From positions 5,830,001-5,894,000 of the forward strand of contig CM075995.1 of the NCBI GenBank assembly GCA_038087875.1: a DNA stretch of 64,000 nt, given 5' to 3'. The position numbers and the translations under genes were made by a program. The notes beneath the pieces were generated by a model, which made no database searches, was not told the origin of the DNA, and saw only the letters and a list, made by a program, of their open reading frames with translations. This document shows, piece after piece, positions 36,561 through 50,099 of this stretch (its first letter is position 1; the number at the start of each line of letters is the position of its first letter). Origin of the DNA: Malacoraja senta. Lineage: Eukaryota.

Positions 36561-36574
36561 CTCAACATGTGTCT

Positions 36575-37500
36575 CGGACATGGTAGTGAGCAAAACAGGG
36601 GCCCCACAGTGGGCAGTCATCTCTCTCTTCCTGTTCACCATCTACACCTCGGACTTCAGATACAACTCAGACTCCTACCACCTGCAGAACATTTTGGATG
36701 ACTTTGCAATTGTGGGCTGCATCAGTGAGGGGAGGAAGCTGAATACAGAGGTGTAGTCGATTACTTTGTTGAGTGATGTGGGCTGAGTCACCTGCAACTC
36801 AACACCGACAAGACTGAGGAGTTAGTAGTGGAATTTAGGAGAAGAGGAACACCCCTGCCTCCATCAGGGGTGTGGATGTGCACTTTACCAAGGAGTACAA
36901 GTACCTTGGAGTTTACCTGGACAGTAAACTGGGCTGGTCCAGGAACGCTGAGGCACTGTATAAGAAGGGACAGAGCCATCTGTACTTTCTAAGAAAGCTC
37001 CGCTCTTTGAACGTCTGCAGTAAGATGCTGCAGATGTTCTACCAATCGGTGGTGGCCAGTGCCATCTTCTTCGCTGTCGTGTGCTTGGGAGCAGGGCGAG
37101 GGCCGCGGACGGCAGCAGAATTAACAAGCTCATCAGGAAGGCTGGCTCCGTCCTGGTGGTGAACTTGGATTCACTGGAGATGGTCTTGGAGGGGAGGATG
37201 CTCCTCAAACTGCAGAGCATCTTGGACAATACAGCTCACCCCCTCCATGACACACTGGTCAACCTGAGGAGCACCTTCAGCAACAGATTGGTTCCACCAA
37301 GCTGCAGCACAGAATGACACTGTGGCTATTAAACTGTACAACTCCTTCCCCTTCTGTCATGTGGTAGACTGACCCCCCCCCCCCCCCCCCATAATCTTTG
37401 CACATCTCTAATCCTGGACTTTCCACTCGTCACTTTAATGTATTTTGTTGTGTTTTTATGACTTGGCAGACCAATTTCCCTCCTGATCCCTTTATTCTTA
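36575..37500 (+). mobile_element. Rex1/Babar-type LINE 3' fragment (second subfamily)
   Basis: YKYLGVYLDSKLGWSRNAEALYKKGQSHLYFLRKLRS; HPLHDTL. Confidence 0.8.
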
Positions 37501-37622
37501 CACCTTTCTGAGGATTGTCTACATGTCTGCTCTCCAGCTCCCGCTTTTGCCAAGCCTGTACAACATCCACTGGAAAATTGTTGCTCCCTTTTTTTGTTTT
37601 ATGCTCTACCCATGAATGAATG

Positions 37623-40600
37623 TGTAAAGAAGTTAAGTCTGACTCGCTTGTAGCTTTACTTAACGTTTAATGATAACTCGGGTTAAACACGTTCCAGCAC
37701 TGACTGCACCCAGTCTGTCATCATGCTGGAACCAGGGAGGAGCAAGAGAGAGAGAGAGTTCTTATACTTGATAAGTAAAGCGTGGTTAGTAGTAGTGAGG
37801 TAGCTATATTATTGGTTGCATGCATAAACCATCTACATCCTTCCCCTAAGAAATCAAATAGAATTGGAGCCGAGGTGGTGTCATTACACACAGCATGCTA
37901 GTTTAAACAAAGTCGCCGTAGCGAACAGGCGGCTTAACAATGCGACCCGAACGCGTGCGTACACCGCCTCCCCCCCCACCCCATCGGAAAGAAAAGAAGG
38001 CGTAGCAGAAGCAGGCAAGAATGTTAAAGGAGGAGGAGACGCAGTCGGAGCTGGAGAAACGGGGAGGAGGCGAACGTGCAGGAGGTGAAGCAACCCGACC
38101 AAAACCTGGCGGCAACGGAGGAGGAGAACGCAACAAGCGAGGGGACTGGGGCATGCAGGGAGCAGCAGGGTGATTGGTAGCAGCAGGCGGGAACCGCAAC
38201 GGAGGAGCATAAGGAGCCGCAGGTGGAGGCTTCGGCTCGTTCACAGCCAATAGGTGTTGACGGCTCCGCCGATAGACAGTCCCATCGTAATCTACCAGGT
38301 AGGATCTTGGAGAGTCGTCCACATCAACCACGGTCGTGAGGCGGGAATAGCCGGTGGTGGTCCGCATCCAAACGACCTGGCCGGGTAGTGGAGGCAGCAG
38401 AGGTCGGCAGGACTTGTCGTGGGAACGTCGTTGAACCTCATGCTTCTGTTCGATCCGCTGTTGGACAGTGGCAGGATCGAGCACTTTGGGTAGCAGGGAC
38501 TGCTGGGCGATTGGCATAGGTGGTCTTGTCATCCTTGACATCAGATGCTGGGCAGGGGAACCCACGTAGGTTAAGTAAGCCCAGGTAGAAATCGCAGTTA
38601 GACAGGCGGGACTGCTCCAGCAGACCCTTAGCACTCCGCATGGCCCGTTCGGCCAGGCCGTTACTCTGAGGGTACTCAGGGCTGCTGGTGTAGTGATGGA
38701 AGTTCCACCTGGCAGCGAAAGCCTTGAACTCAGCACTTGTAAATTGCCGGCCATTGTCGGTCTGCAAGCGGACAGGGGCACCGAAGGTGGCGAAGTGCTT
38801 ACGCAGTTTGCTGATGACCATCTCGGAGGTGATGGAAGGAAGGAGGTCAACCTCGAACCAGTTGGAGTACGAGTCCACCAGGACGAGAAACTGCTTGCCC
38901 CGCCATTCGAATATGTCGGCAGCCAGCGATGTCCAGGGCATGGTAGGCGCCGGCTGCTGCAAAAGAGGCTGACGCTGCTGGTGTGGGGTAAGGTTGTTGC
39001 AGGAGGAACAAGAGGACACTCGGTCCCTGATGTATTTGGCCATACCAGGCCAGTAGAACTGTCCCTGAGCATGCGAAACAGTGGCCTCGACCCCAGGAGG
39101 GCTGCGTTGTAGTGTAGATCATACAGAGAGGCTGGGACCACGACCTTGTGGCCTTTGACGATAAACCCATCTTGGATCACTAGCTCATCGCGGACCAGGA
39201 AGAACGGTTGGGCACCCGATGGCAAAGTGGTGCGTCTGTCAGGCCACCCACGCCTGATGACGGCTGCAAGCTGCTGCAAAGCAGGGTCAGCAGCGGTGTG
39301 CTCGGTCAGGCACTGCACCTGCTTGGTTGGGACAAAGTTGACGTTCAGTACCACAAGGTCTTCCTGCTCGTAGGGGTGACGGTCACACGATTCTCGTGGG
39401 GCACGAGAAAGTGTATCAGCCACATGCATCTCCACGCCCTTCTTGTATATGATTTTGAAATCAAAACGCTGGAGCTGCAGCATCATGCGCTGGAGTCTGG
39501 CAGGGGCAACATGTATGGGCTTGTTAAGAATAGTCACCAGTGGCTGGTGGTCGGTTTCGACTGTGAATCGGCAGCCGAAGAGGAAGTCTTTGAATTTTGA
39601 ACAAGCAAACACCACCGCCAGGAGCTCCTCGATCTGAGCATACCGTTGCTCCATGGTCCGCGAGGCATACGAGACCTGTCGTTGTAGAGCTGCAGGCAAG
39701 CCGTCGTTGTAGAGCTGCAGGCAAGCAGCACCCAGTCCGAAAGCAGCATCACAGGTCACAACAATGGGATGGCGCAGGTCGAAGAATTTGAGTGTCGGGG
39801 TGCTGGTCAGCTTAGACTTCAGACATTCGAAAGCCTGCTGGTGTTGTGGAAACCAGGACCAGGCAGTGTCTTTTTTAGTTAGCTGCCTCGGGGATGAGCT
39901 CAGCTCGCTGAGATTCGGTATAAACTTCCCGAGGTAATTGACCATGCCCAGGAATCGTTGCAGACTGAGGACGTCGGTTGGGGCTGGCATCTCGGAGATT
40001 GCAATGGTCTTTTGCGGGTCGGGCTTCAGTCCATTAGAAGTGAAGATGTGCCCAACGTATGGCACTTCGGAGACGCGGAATCGGCATTTTTTTCCGTTCA
40101 GTTTTAAATTGATCTGCCATGCCCGGTCCAGGACTCGGCGGAGGTTCTGGTCATGTTCGGCGGCATTCTTCCTGTAGACTAGGATATCATCCACGATGAT
40201 GGCGCACGGCATGCCAGCGAACAGCTGTTCCATGGATCGCTGAAACACCTCGCTGGCAGAGTTAATTCTGAATGGCATCCGTAGGAACTTGAATCTTCCG
40301 TAAGGAGTGGCGAATGTTGTCAGGTCGGAGGAGCGTCTATCGGTCTATCGAGTGGTATTTGCCAGAAGGAACTTTTTGCATCCAGGACAGAGAATACCGT
40401 GGCCTGGCCGACTTGAGCTGCAACATCTTCCACGGTTCTCATGGGGTAGTGTGGTCGCCTGATCGCGAGGTTCAGGTCCTTGGGATTAATGCACACCCGT
40501 ATCTCGTTCTTGTCCTTTTTCAGGGTTGCAACCATGGTGGAGACCCACTCGGTGGGCTCGCTAACTGCTTCCAGCACCCCCATTGCGACCATGCTCTTCA

Positions 40601-42336
40601 GCATCGATTCCACTTTATCCTTTAAAGCGAGGGATACTCTGTGTGGTGCACGGACCACTGGCACCACCTTGGGGTCGGTGGCGATCTTGTAGACGAGAGG
40701 CAGTTTGCCCAGCTCATTATCGAACAGGTCCGGGTGCTCAGATATCGGATCCATCAGCACCTGTATTTCATGGACAGTACGGTCGAAGGACACTATTCCC
40801 AAGTCGTGGCATGCCTGGTTGCCCAACAGGGTCACACAATCAGAGTCGAGAACATAGAACATGAGAGGACGTGATGATTTCTTCAACACGCAATTAAAAG
40901 TGGCCTTTCCCACAGGTTTTAGCACCTCGCCCCCATAAGCACGTAAAGTCGAACGGTCTGCAGTCAGTAGCTCAATATGCCTAATCTTTCTGAACAGGCT
41001 TGTTGACATAACATTGACCTTTGCCCCCGTGTCGAGCTTAGCTGAGAAAGAACAGTTGTTGACAGTAACGAGGACCGATGGATCGGGGAGGCGAGCAGGT
41101 GCGTGTAGGAGTGTAAATACACTAGCATCTCCTTGAGGACTAATTGGCTCGGAGTCGTGGGCAGTGTCGAGAGAGGTCTGGGAACCAAAATCGCTATCAA
41201 CTTGTGCCAGGTTGTTTAATACTTGTCTTGAAGCTGGGGGTACGTTCCCAAGGGAGCGGCAAACCGCCGAGAAATTATTCAATTTCTTACAGACATTGCA
41301 GGATTTCCCGTAAGCAGGGCACTGTGACTGCATCGAATGTACATAATTGCAATTAGGGCACCTTTTAACGACATGTCGTCCGGGGACGTAGCCTGCCCGC
41401 AGCGCGGGTCTAGAGTTGTCAATTTTAGGACGCGGTCTGTTGAGACCAGTTAAATTGATCGAACGACCAACAGACTCCCGCTGTCCAAACAGCGGGTGAA
41501 CGACTTCAGCCAACCTGCACGCGTGCATTGCGTCAGTCAGAGTAAGATCTGGCCTTCTCAATAGCTCCGATCGCAGTTTCTGATCCAGCATACCTGTCAC
41601 TAGAATGTCCCTGGTAAGCTGGTCAGTCATGTTTTCAAATCGGCACCTCTGGGCGAGATATCGCAGGTCAGCAATAGAACATTCAACAGGTTCATCAGGC
41701 TGTTGTTTCCTCGTGAAAAACTTGGCTCGCTCTAAAATGCGGTTAGAGGGCAAGTCGCAAATCTCGGCAAACTTTCGCAGTAGACATACCGGATCGTTGG
41801 CAGACTCCTCGGGTAATTGAACCTGATCGTTTTCATCCCGGACCGCGGGATCATAGGCGAAGGTTCGTGCTCTCCTCGTAGCATCCGGACCAGCCAGGTT
41901 CAGTAGGAGAGAAGCTTTAACGATGTCGGGATCGTTGCGATGAACGATATTAATGTAATGTGTGAAGTCCATTTCAAAAGTCGCCCAGTCGGCATCAAAG
42001 ACTAGGGGCGAGGGTTTACGGCACGAGGATGCCATAGTGAAAAAGGTACAAAACTCCGATAAAGCAACACTTTCAAAGAAATAAAACCCGATAAACAGGA
42101 GGCGCGCGTTTTAACTTGCTGACACCATGTAAAGAAGTTCAGTCTGACTCACTTGTAGCTTTACTTAACGTTTAATGATAACTCAGGTTAAACACGTTCC
42201 AGCACTGACTGCACCCAGTCTGTTATCATGCTGGAACCAGGGAGGAGAGAGAGAGAGTTCTTATACTTGATAAGTAAGGCGTGGTTAGTAGTAGTGAGGT
42301 AGCTATATTATTGGTTGCATGCAGAAACCATCTACA
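37623..42336 (-). mobile_element. Full-length Gypsy/Ty3 LTR retrotransposon with frameshifted gag-pol, antisense in GGCT intron 3
   Basis: LTRs 42128-42336 and 37623-37837 (TG...CA), GAATG 5-bp TSD, PBS TGGTGTCAG, PPT AGGGGAAGGA; gag Cys motifs, protease LDTGA, RT IVDDIL, RNase H, integrase TDNG/ERA in Gypsy order. Confidence 0.97.
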
Positions 42337-43405
42337 GAATGATTCAATGATACTTTATTGTCACATTCTTTGTTTTGGATACTTAAGGTATGCAAAGAGT
42401 CACCACATAAAGTGCACCGATAAAGTTACTAAGTATCCTGCGGCAGGTCCTCCCTCCCAGCGGTTCCCCCATGTCGGGTCCTCCTTTGCTCTGCCGGGTC
42501 CTCCCTTGTTCTTCTCCCCACCCCCCATGGCAGTCCCCTATCCCGGGTCCTTTGTTCCCGGCGCTCCGACCACCAGCTCTCACGTGGCCTGTCCTCGACC
42601 GCCGGTGCCCTCAACAACGACCACCAACCTCGACAAACGCCGCACCGTCCTCCTTGTCGATCACCGACCCAACCTCCTCGACGACCCTCCACTCCTTACA
42701 CCTCCGTGGCACCATCCCAAGCTCCAGCCACGGGGGCACCGCCGACCCAGATTCTGGCCAAGGGCTCGGTCGCCGCAGGCTCCATCAACGCAATATCCGT
42801 GCGCGGGGTCCGTCGTCCCAGGCCCCGTCATCCCTGGTCACGGGCTCCATCACCCCCGGCACCGGCCATGGGCTCCATTGCCCAGGTGGCTTCATGTGAA
42901 GAGGCTTATAGAATATGGTCCTTCATCACCGCAATGATAGATTCCTTAATTAATATTGCATTGCCACCTGTTTTTTAACATCCACCCATCACATCTGTAG
43001 ATTCTATACCCTGGAAGATTGTTACCAATCCTGCCCTTTTTACCACATCTCCATGTTAACAACAATATTTTTCCATACGCTAATCAACACTCTCAGTTCA
43101 TTTGCCTTCTCGTCAGATCCCTTGCATTGAAACAAATGGAATTTAGCCATACATTTCTCTATATTGCCTTTTCCCACCCATGTCTAGTCTGCCGACTGGA
43201 CTGATTCAGTTTTCTTCTATATTTGACTATACCTCTCCTCCAAATAGTACTTATACTCTGTGCCTCATTCCCTATATACATGAGGAGCAAGTGTCCTGCC
43301 ATCTGCAAACTTAACCCATTCAAATGTATTGTATTTTGCAATTGCTATCTTTCATTTTTATTAATTCCATAATATGTAATTAATTTATGTGAATTATGTT
43401 TACAG

Positions 43406-43558
43406 GTGATCATCAGAGGGGCAAGAGAAAGTGGGTTGTCTTCTGAATATATAAAGAAGTTGGATACCATATTGACCAATAATTTCAATGAAACCACGCC
43501 ATTTATGATGCAAATTAGTGAGCTTTTGCTTCAACAACAAAACAGTACAGCCACATAA
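43406..43558 (+). CDS. GGCT: GGCT-like coding exon 4 (terminal, TAA)
   Basis: TTACAG| acceptor; VIIRGARESGLSSEYIKKLDTILTNNFNETTPFMMQISELLLQQQNSTAT* matches the GGCT C-terminal GA-x-E-x-GL-xx-EY motif; joined CDS 657 nt = 218 aa + stop. Confidence 0.93.
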   Translation: MIIRGARESGLSSEYIKKLDTILTNNFNETTPFMMQISELLLQQQNSTAT

Positions 43559-44072
43559 AACGTTTTTTTTCCTTTTCTGAAAGGATACATGTGTGTCTTA
43601 AATTTGGTCATCAGAGGATTATGTTGAAGTGAATTTGGAGACCAACATTTTAGAAATTTAAAAACTGGACTGATATTTGAGATTTACCTCAATAATTTTC
43701 CACGTTTTTGCACATTTTAATTTTCATTGAGGTAGGGGAGGCTTCGAAATCACCTTTTCTCTGACTAATATTTTAAATTAGTATCTAATGATTTTGTGCT
43801 TCATATATATTTTAACATGTTGTTCTTAGAAAATTGCTTGGAAACTGTGATTCCTTAGCCTTTAATTGTAAAACACTTTTTGCCATTGTCCAATCATCTT
43901 CTAATAACATAACCACAGAGGGATCAAAAGACTATTCAATGAACTGGGCTGAGGAAGTGACAGAGAGCCAGTCTTCCCTATAATTGCACAGGCACATTTC
44001 AAGATGGACTTGGATCACACACTGCCCAAAGAGACTTCTGGGTATATTACTTTTACTACCATTGTGCCATAT

Positions 44073-46253
44073 CAGGGCTCGAAATTAGAGGTTGCCCGGG
44101 TGCCACTGACCACTCAAAGCGCCGCCGGACAACCTAAACACCGAGTCATTTTGCCCGGCTTGGCAACCAGATACTGGTTTGTACCGAAGATAGACACAAA
44201 AAATTGGAGTAACTCCGCGGGCCAGGCAGCATCTCTGGAGAAGAGGAACGTGACATCTTGTGTTGGCGGCGGCTGTCGTGCGGGGCAAAATTACTAGGTG
44301 CGGGGTGAGGAAGGGTCGGAGCGAATGACGGGCCCCGCACAGCGGCAGCCACCTCCTTCTCCTCCTCCCGGCCCCCACCCGCCCTGATAAGGGCCGCTGC
44401 TTGCAAATCCGCTAACTGCGCTTTCAAAACAAACCGGAGGGAGGGAGGGGGAGGCCTCGGAGTGCGGGAGGGTTTGTTTTGCGCCGTTACCGGATTTACA
44501 AGCAGAGGCCCTTATCAGGGCGGGAGGAGGAGGAGATGGAGCCGCTGTCGCAGCCGCTGCTGCAGCTGTGCGAAGCCTGTCATTCGCTCTGACTCGTGTG
44601 AAGTAACTGCACCAAAGATCTTATAGCTATAGGATCTCTGAGCTGCACTGCCCGGCCCCGCACCTTGCTGTTGGCTGGCGGAGGAGGGAGGCGGTGGCGA
44701 GGAGTTCCCAACGGCCAAGGAGCTCTGACCTTCCTTCCTCCCCACCTCGCCCCCCTCTCCCTCTTTCGCTCTCTTGTATGCCACCCCCTTATCCTGGGAC
44801 CCCTCCACTCCATCCCGCACTGTTCCCCATTCGCGCCCCTATTCAGTCCTCACTGACATCCCCTGTGCTCCCCTCCACATCTACCCCCCCATCTATTCAT
44901 CCTGCGCTGATCACCCTATCCACCTCGCATTGGTTCTCCTGACACCCACCCCCCCATCCATCCTACACTGGTTCTCCAATTCACCCTATACTTACCCCTT
45001 TCCCATCCATCCTGCACTTCTCCATCCATCCTGTACTGATCCCCCATCCATCCTGTACTAATCCACGCATTCATCCCATACTGGCCCACCCTCCATTTAC
45101 CCTGCACCTTCCCCCCTTCCCCTCATTCATCCTGAAGTGATCACCCATTCATCCTGCACAGACCCTCCGATCCACGCTGTACTGACCCCCCCCCATTCAT
45201 CCTGCGCTGATCTCCCCCCCCCCCATCCATCCTGTACTGATCCTCCCATTCAAGAAGAATGGGGGGAACAGTCTGAAGAAGTGTCTCGACCCGAAACGTT
45301 GCCTATTTCCTTCGCTCTATAGATGCTGCCTCACCCGCTGAGTTTCTCCAGCACTTTTGTCTACCCCCATCCATCCCGTACTGAACCCCCCCATTCAACA
45401 CCACTGACATCCCCGGTGCTCTCCCCTCACAATTTTACCTACTCCAACCAACACGTACTAATTCACCTGCCTCAATCCATCCTTTCTGCACCGACTACCT
45501 TCTAACCCCCACCCCCGCCATCTATCCACCCCGCACTGATTCACACACACCCCCCTCCCTGACCCTATTGTGCTGGAAATGTCTTCAGAGCGAACATTGA
45601 CTATGTTTGATAACGGAATGCATTCAAATGTGTTTTAATTCGCAATGTTATTATTTGTTTTAATCCATAAAGATGGATGAATTAAATTGTGAACACGTGA
45701 AACATTAAAACCACAGTGTTCGATTGTCACTGCTGCCGTTGACACGTTATTACAGAATTCATTTTTAACGGCAAATCAATGCTCTTCATATGGAGTATCA
45801 GTACTGTAGTTATTTAATGAGCAACATTCACAACCATACGTACGCATATATGTTACCATGGTCCAGGATTTATTGACACAGGTTGATCATACGCTGAATA
45901 ATCCAACCACATTTTTGTTTGGAAGTGGAAAGAACTAATAGAAATTGCATTAATTGCAATGTGTAAAAAGAGTTGAGATACTGTCTTATAATTTTGCTGC
46001 ATGTCATTGTGGGATATATCATGTCTTGATTGGTGAATATGTTTAGTTTGTGACTTTATTTGAAACAGAAATAATATGTGAATCCTTCATTGAGTATAAT
46101 TCCGACTGGTAACTATGCACTTCGTCCGAGCACATTATCGCACGCGTCATGCAAGCCATCTTAAGTGACCACCTAAACTGTCATTTGGCAACCTAAAAAG
46201 CTACCAAGGTTGCCGGGCTGGCAACAGGGAAAAAAAGTTAAGCGAGAGCCCTG
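44073..46253. mobile_element. Non-autonomous hAT5-like element (5-bp TSD)
   Basis: CAGGGCTC...GAGCCCTG termini, CATAT on both flanks; internal palindrome, C-rich low-complexity tract and Penelope-derived inserts. Confidence 0.75.
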
Positions 46254-46399
46254 CATATAGCAAACAGTGGTCATGTTATAAGAAAATATTGGCACTCATC
46301 ATTGTTATGATCTATGATTTTGTGCTATCACTGATGGATTGGGGTCCTTTGTATTAGTTTCATTATTTATTATATTATTTAAGTTCTTGAGCACTTATT

Positions 46400-49300
46400 C
46401 AAGATTCAAGAGAGTTTACTGTCATGTGTCTCAGATAGGACAATGAAATTCTTACTTTGCTTCAGCACAACAGAATATAGTAGGCATGAATACAGAACAG
46501 ATCAGTGTGTCAATATACCATTATATAAATATATATACACATGAATAAATAAGCAGATAAAGTGCAAATAAACAGATAATGGTCTATTAATCTTTAGAGT
46601 TTTTGTTTCAGTTGAGTTTAATAGCCTGATGGCTGTTGGGAAGTAGCTATGCCTGAACCTGGACGTTGCAGTCCTCAGACTCATGTACCTTCTACCTGAA
46701 GGTAGCAGGGAGATGAGTGTGTGGCCAGGATGGTGTGGGTCCTTGATGCTGCCATCCTTTTTGAGGCAGCGACTGCGATAGATCCCCTCGATGCTAGGGA
46801 GGTCAGAGCCGATGATGGACTGGACAGTGTTTACTACTTTTTGTAGTCTTTTCCGCTCCTGGGCGCTCAAGTTGCCGAACCAAGCCACGATGTAACTGGT
46901 CAGCATGCTCTCTACTGTGCACCTGTAGAAGTTAGAGAGAGTCCTCCTTGACATACCGACTCTCCGTAATCTTCTCAGGAAGTAGAGGCGCCGATGTGCT
47001 TTCTTTATAATTGCATCAGTGTTCACGGAGCAGGAGAGATCTTCAGAAATATGCATGCCCAAGAATTTGAAGCTCTTGACCCTCTCCACCATCGACCCGT
47101 TGATATAAACGGAACTGTTGGTCCCCATCCTACCCCTTCCACAGTCCACCATCAGTTCCTTGGTTTTGTTGGTGTTGAGGGCCAGGTTATTGTGCTGGCA
47201 CCATTTGGTCAGTCGGTCGATCTTTCTTCTATACTCTGACTCGTCCCCATCAGTGATACGTCCCACAACAGTGGTGTCGTCAGCGAACTTGATGATGGAG
47301 TTCGCACTATGACCGGCTACGCAGTCATGGGTATAGAGTGAGTACAGCACGCAGCCTTGAGGTGCTCCCGTGATGATTGTTATCGAAGCTGACACATTTC
47401 CACCAATACAAACAGTCTGTGGATAAGAAAGTCGAGGATCCAATTGCAGAGGGATGCGCAGAGACCCAGATCTGAGAGCTTGGTAACCAGCTTGGAGGGG
47501 ATGATTGTATTAAATGCCGAGCTGTAATCATTGAATAACAGCCTGACATATGAGTTTTTGTTGTCCAAGTGGTCCAGAGAGTAGTGGAGAGCCAGCGAGA
47601 TCGCATCTACCGTTGATCTGTTGTGGCAGTAGGCAAGCTGCAGTGGGTCCAGGTTATTGTCGAGGTAGGAGTTGATTTGCGCCACGATCAATCTCTCAAA
47701 GTACTTCATCACCACCGACGTTAGTGCCGACTGGTCGATAGTCGTTGAGGCACGTCACCTTGCTCTTCTTGGGCACCGGTATAATTGATGCCCTTTTAAA
47801 GCAGGTGGGAACCTCAGACCTCAGAAGTGAGAGGTTGAAAATGTCCATAAAAACTCCAGCCAGTTGGTCCGCACAGGTTTTTAGAACACGACCGGGTATG
47901 CCATCAGGTCCAGGCGCTTTTCGAGGGTTCACCACTCTGAAGGATTTTCTGACGTCGGCCTCTGTGACTGAGACTGAAATACCATCTCAGCGAATGGGGA
48001 TCGAGAAGGCACATCAGTGTTCACCCTATTAAAGCGTGCGTTAAACGCATTGAGCTCGTCAGGGAGTGATGTTTTACTGACATTCGAGCTACCTCCTGAT
48101 TTCGCCTTGTAGGAGGTGATTGCATTCAGGCCCCGCCACAGCTGCCGAACATCTCTCATCCTCCAGCTTGGAGCAGAAGTCCCTTTTGGCCTTTTTGATG
48201 GCCTCACCAAGGTCGTATCTGGAATTCTTGTAGACCACTGTATCATCAGACATGAATGCCCAGTATCTGGTCTTCAGAAGAGTGCGGATCTCAGAGTTAA
48301 TCCAAGGCTTCTGATTGGGAAACACTCGGAAGGTTTTTGTAGGGATGCAGTCCTCCACACATATCTTTATGAAGTCTAACGACTGTGGCTTTTTCGTTCA
48401 GGTCCGTTGCCGAGTCCCTGAACATTGCCCAGTCTACAGATTCCAAACAGTCCTGGAGTTGTTCCTCTGCCCCCTCGACCAGCTCTGTACAGTCCTCACC
48501 TCTGGGGGTGCGCTCTTCAATTGCTGCCTGAAGGCAGGAAGAAGCAGCACCGTGGTATGGTCGGATTTACCGAAGTGAGGGCGAGGGATAGAGCGATAGG
48601 TATCCTTGATGGTGGTGTAGCAGTGGTCGAGGGTATTTGGTCCTCTGGTGCAGCAGGAGACATGTTGGTGGAAGTTAGGGAGCGATTTCTTGAGGTTTGC
48701 TTCATTGAAGTCCCCGGCTACGGTGGTAAATGCCTCGGGGTAAGACGTCTGGTGTTTATTGACCACGGCGTGCAGCTCCTCCAGTGCCAGGTGGACATCT
48801 GCTTGGGGTGGGATGTAGACCGCCAGATGATGGAGGTGAATTCCCTTGGAAGGTAGAAGGGGCGGCACTTCACCGCCAGATGTTCGAAGTGTGGAGAGCA
48901 GGAGTTGGACAGGACTGCCACGTCTGAGCACCATGCAGAGTTGACCATGAGGCCTCTCCCTTTCCCAAATGCCTGCGTATGGTCCATACGATGGATGGAG
49001 AACCCTTCAGGCTGGACCGCTGAGTCTGGGGAGCTGGGGGTGTGCCATGTCTCTGTGAAACAGAACACAGAGCATTCCCTCAGATCCCTTTGATAAAGCA
49101 GCCTTGCCCTTAAGTCCTCCACTTTATTTTCTAGTGACTGTACGTTGGTCAGTAGGATAGTAGGGAGAGTGGGCCGAAGTCCCCTCCGCTTCAGTCTGAC
49201 CTGTAGTCCTGCCCGACGGCCACGTTTCCGTACTCCATGGAGCCCTCCTTGCTGTTTACAGGTACAGTACTTACGGGTCTCCACGAGGTCGGGGAATCCC

Positions 49301-49640
49301 CTGAGATCGGGAATTCCCATACAGTCGGCACCTCCAGCTCCGTTGCTGCTGGGGGATCCTGCCCAACGGCCTCGATTCCGGACTCCCTGAAGGCCTCCCC
49401 GATGTTTGCAGGTAAGGTTCTTTCTGTGCCTGCGCTCCTCTGCGAGGTTGGGGAATGCCCTCTGCCAGGGGATACCCTTACCGGCGCTACCAAAGGGAGT
49501 TCTCAGTAGCGCTAATGCATTTAAATGCATTAGCAGCTCGCTACTTACGCCGTTGATTCCAGTGGATTTCCTGATGCAGGTGAGTTCATAAATGCTGTAT
49601 CTTACTGTTTTCCTTTGTGCCGTTCGCAAAATGTCGCCGC
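46400..49640 (-). mobile_element. Near full-length degenerate Rex1/Babar LINE
   Basis: ILLTNVQSLENK..CFTETW (APE), [33 protein letters not shown], and 3' tail. Confidence 0.92.
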
Positions 49641-50099
49641 ATTATAGGCAAACCAATATGCAAAGAGGGGTCTCGACCCGAAAGGTCACCTATTCCTTTT
49701 CTCCAGAGTTGCTGTCTGACCAGCTGAGTTATTCCAGCTGTTTGTTTCTATCTTTGGACTAAAGCAAGAGCAACTGGAGTGTGAGCAAAATTCAGTTTCG
49801 CTGTGTAATTGATAGCAAGTTTCAGAGTTGACTAGTTTCAGGTGCTGGTCAGTCTCTTATCCAAATTATTTCTGTGGTTTAAATAATCTTGGTCAAGAGA
49901 TTAATTTGCTTGGAAATTGGGGAGCTGAGTGTAATATCAGTGCTAATTTGGAATATCCTGCAACATGTTGGGGAGTGTTTCCCAACATCACTACCTCCAC
50001 CCCCTCCCCTACCACCACCTCCACCCTCCACAGTATCTATCTGGCAAATAGTGGTTCATGGAAACAACCAGAGTAATTTCTCGCAGTTGCCAACATTTT

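Noticed and set aside
42281..42937. 218-aa Pro-rich ORF starting in the Gypsy LTR
   Set aside because: GTG start inside an LTR, running through GC-rich repeat-like sequence with no domain signal.
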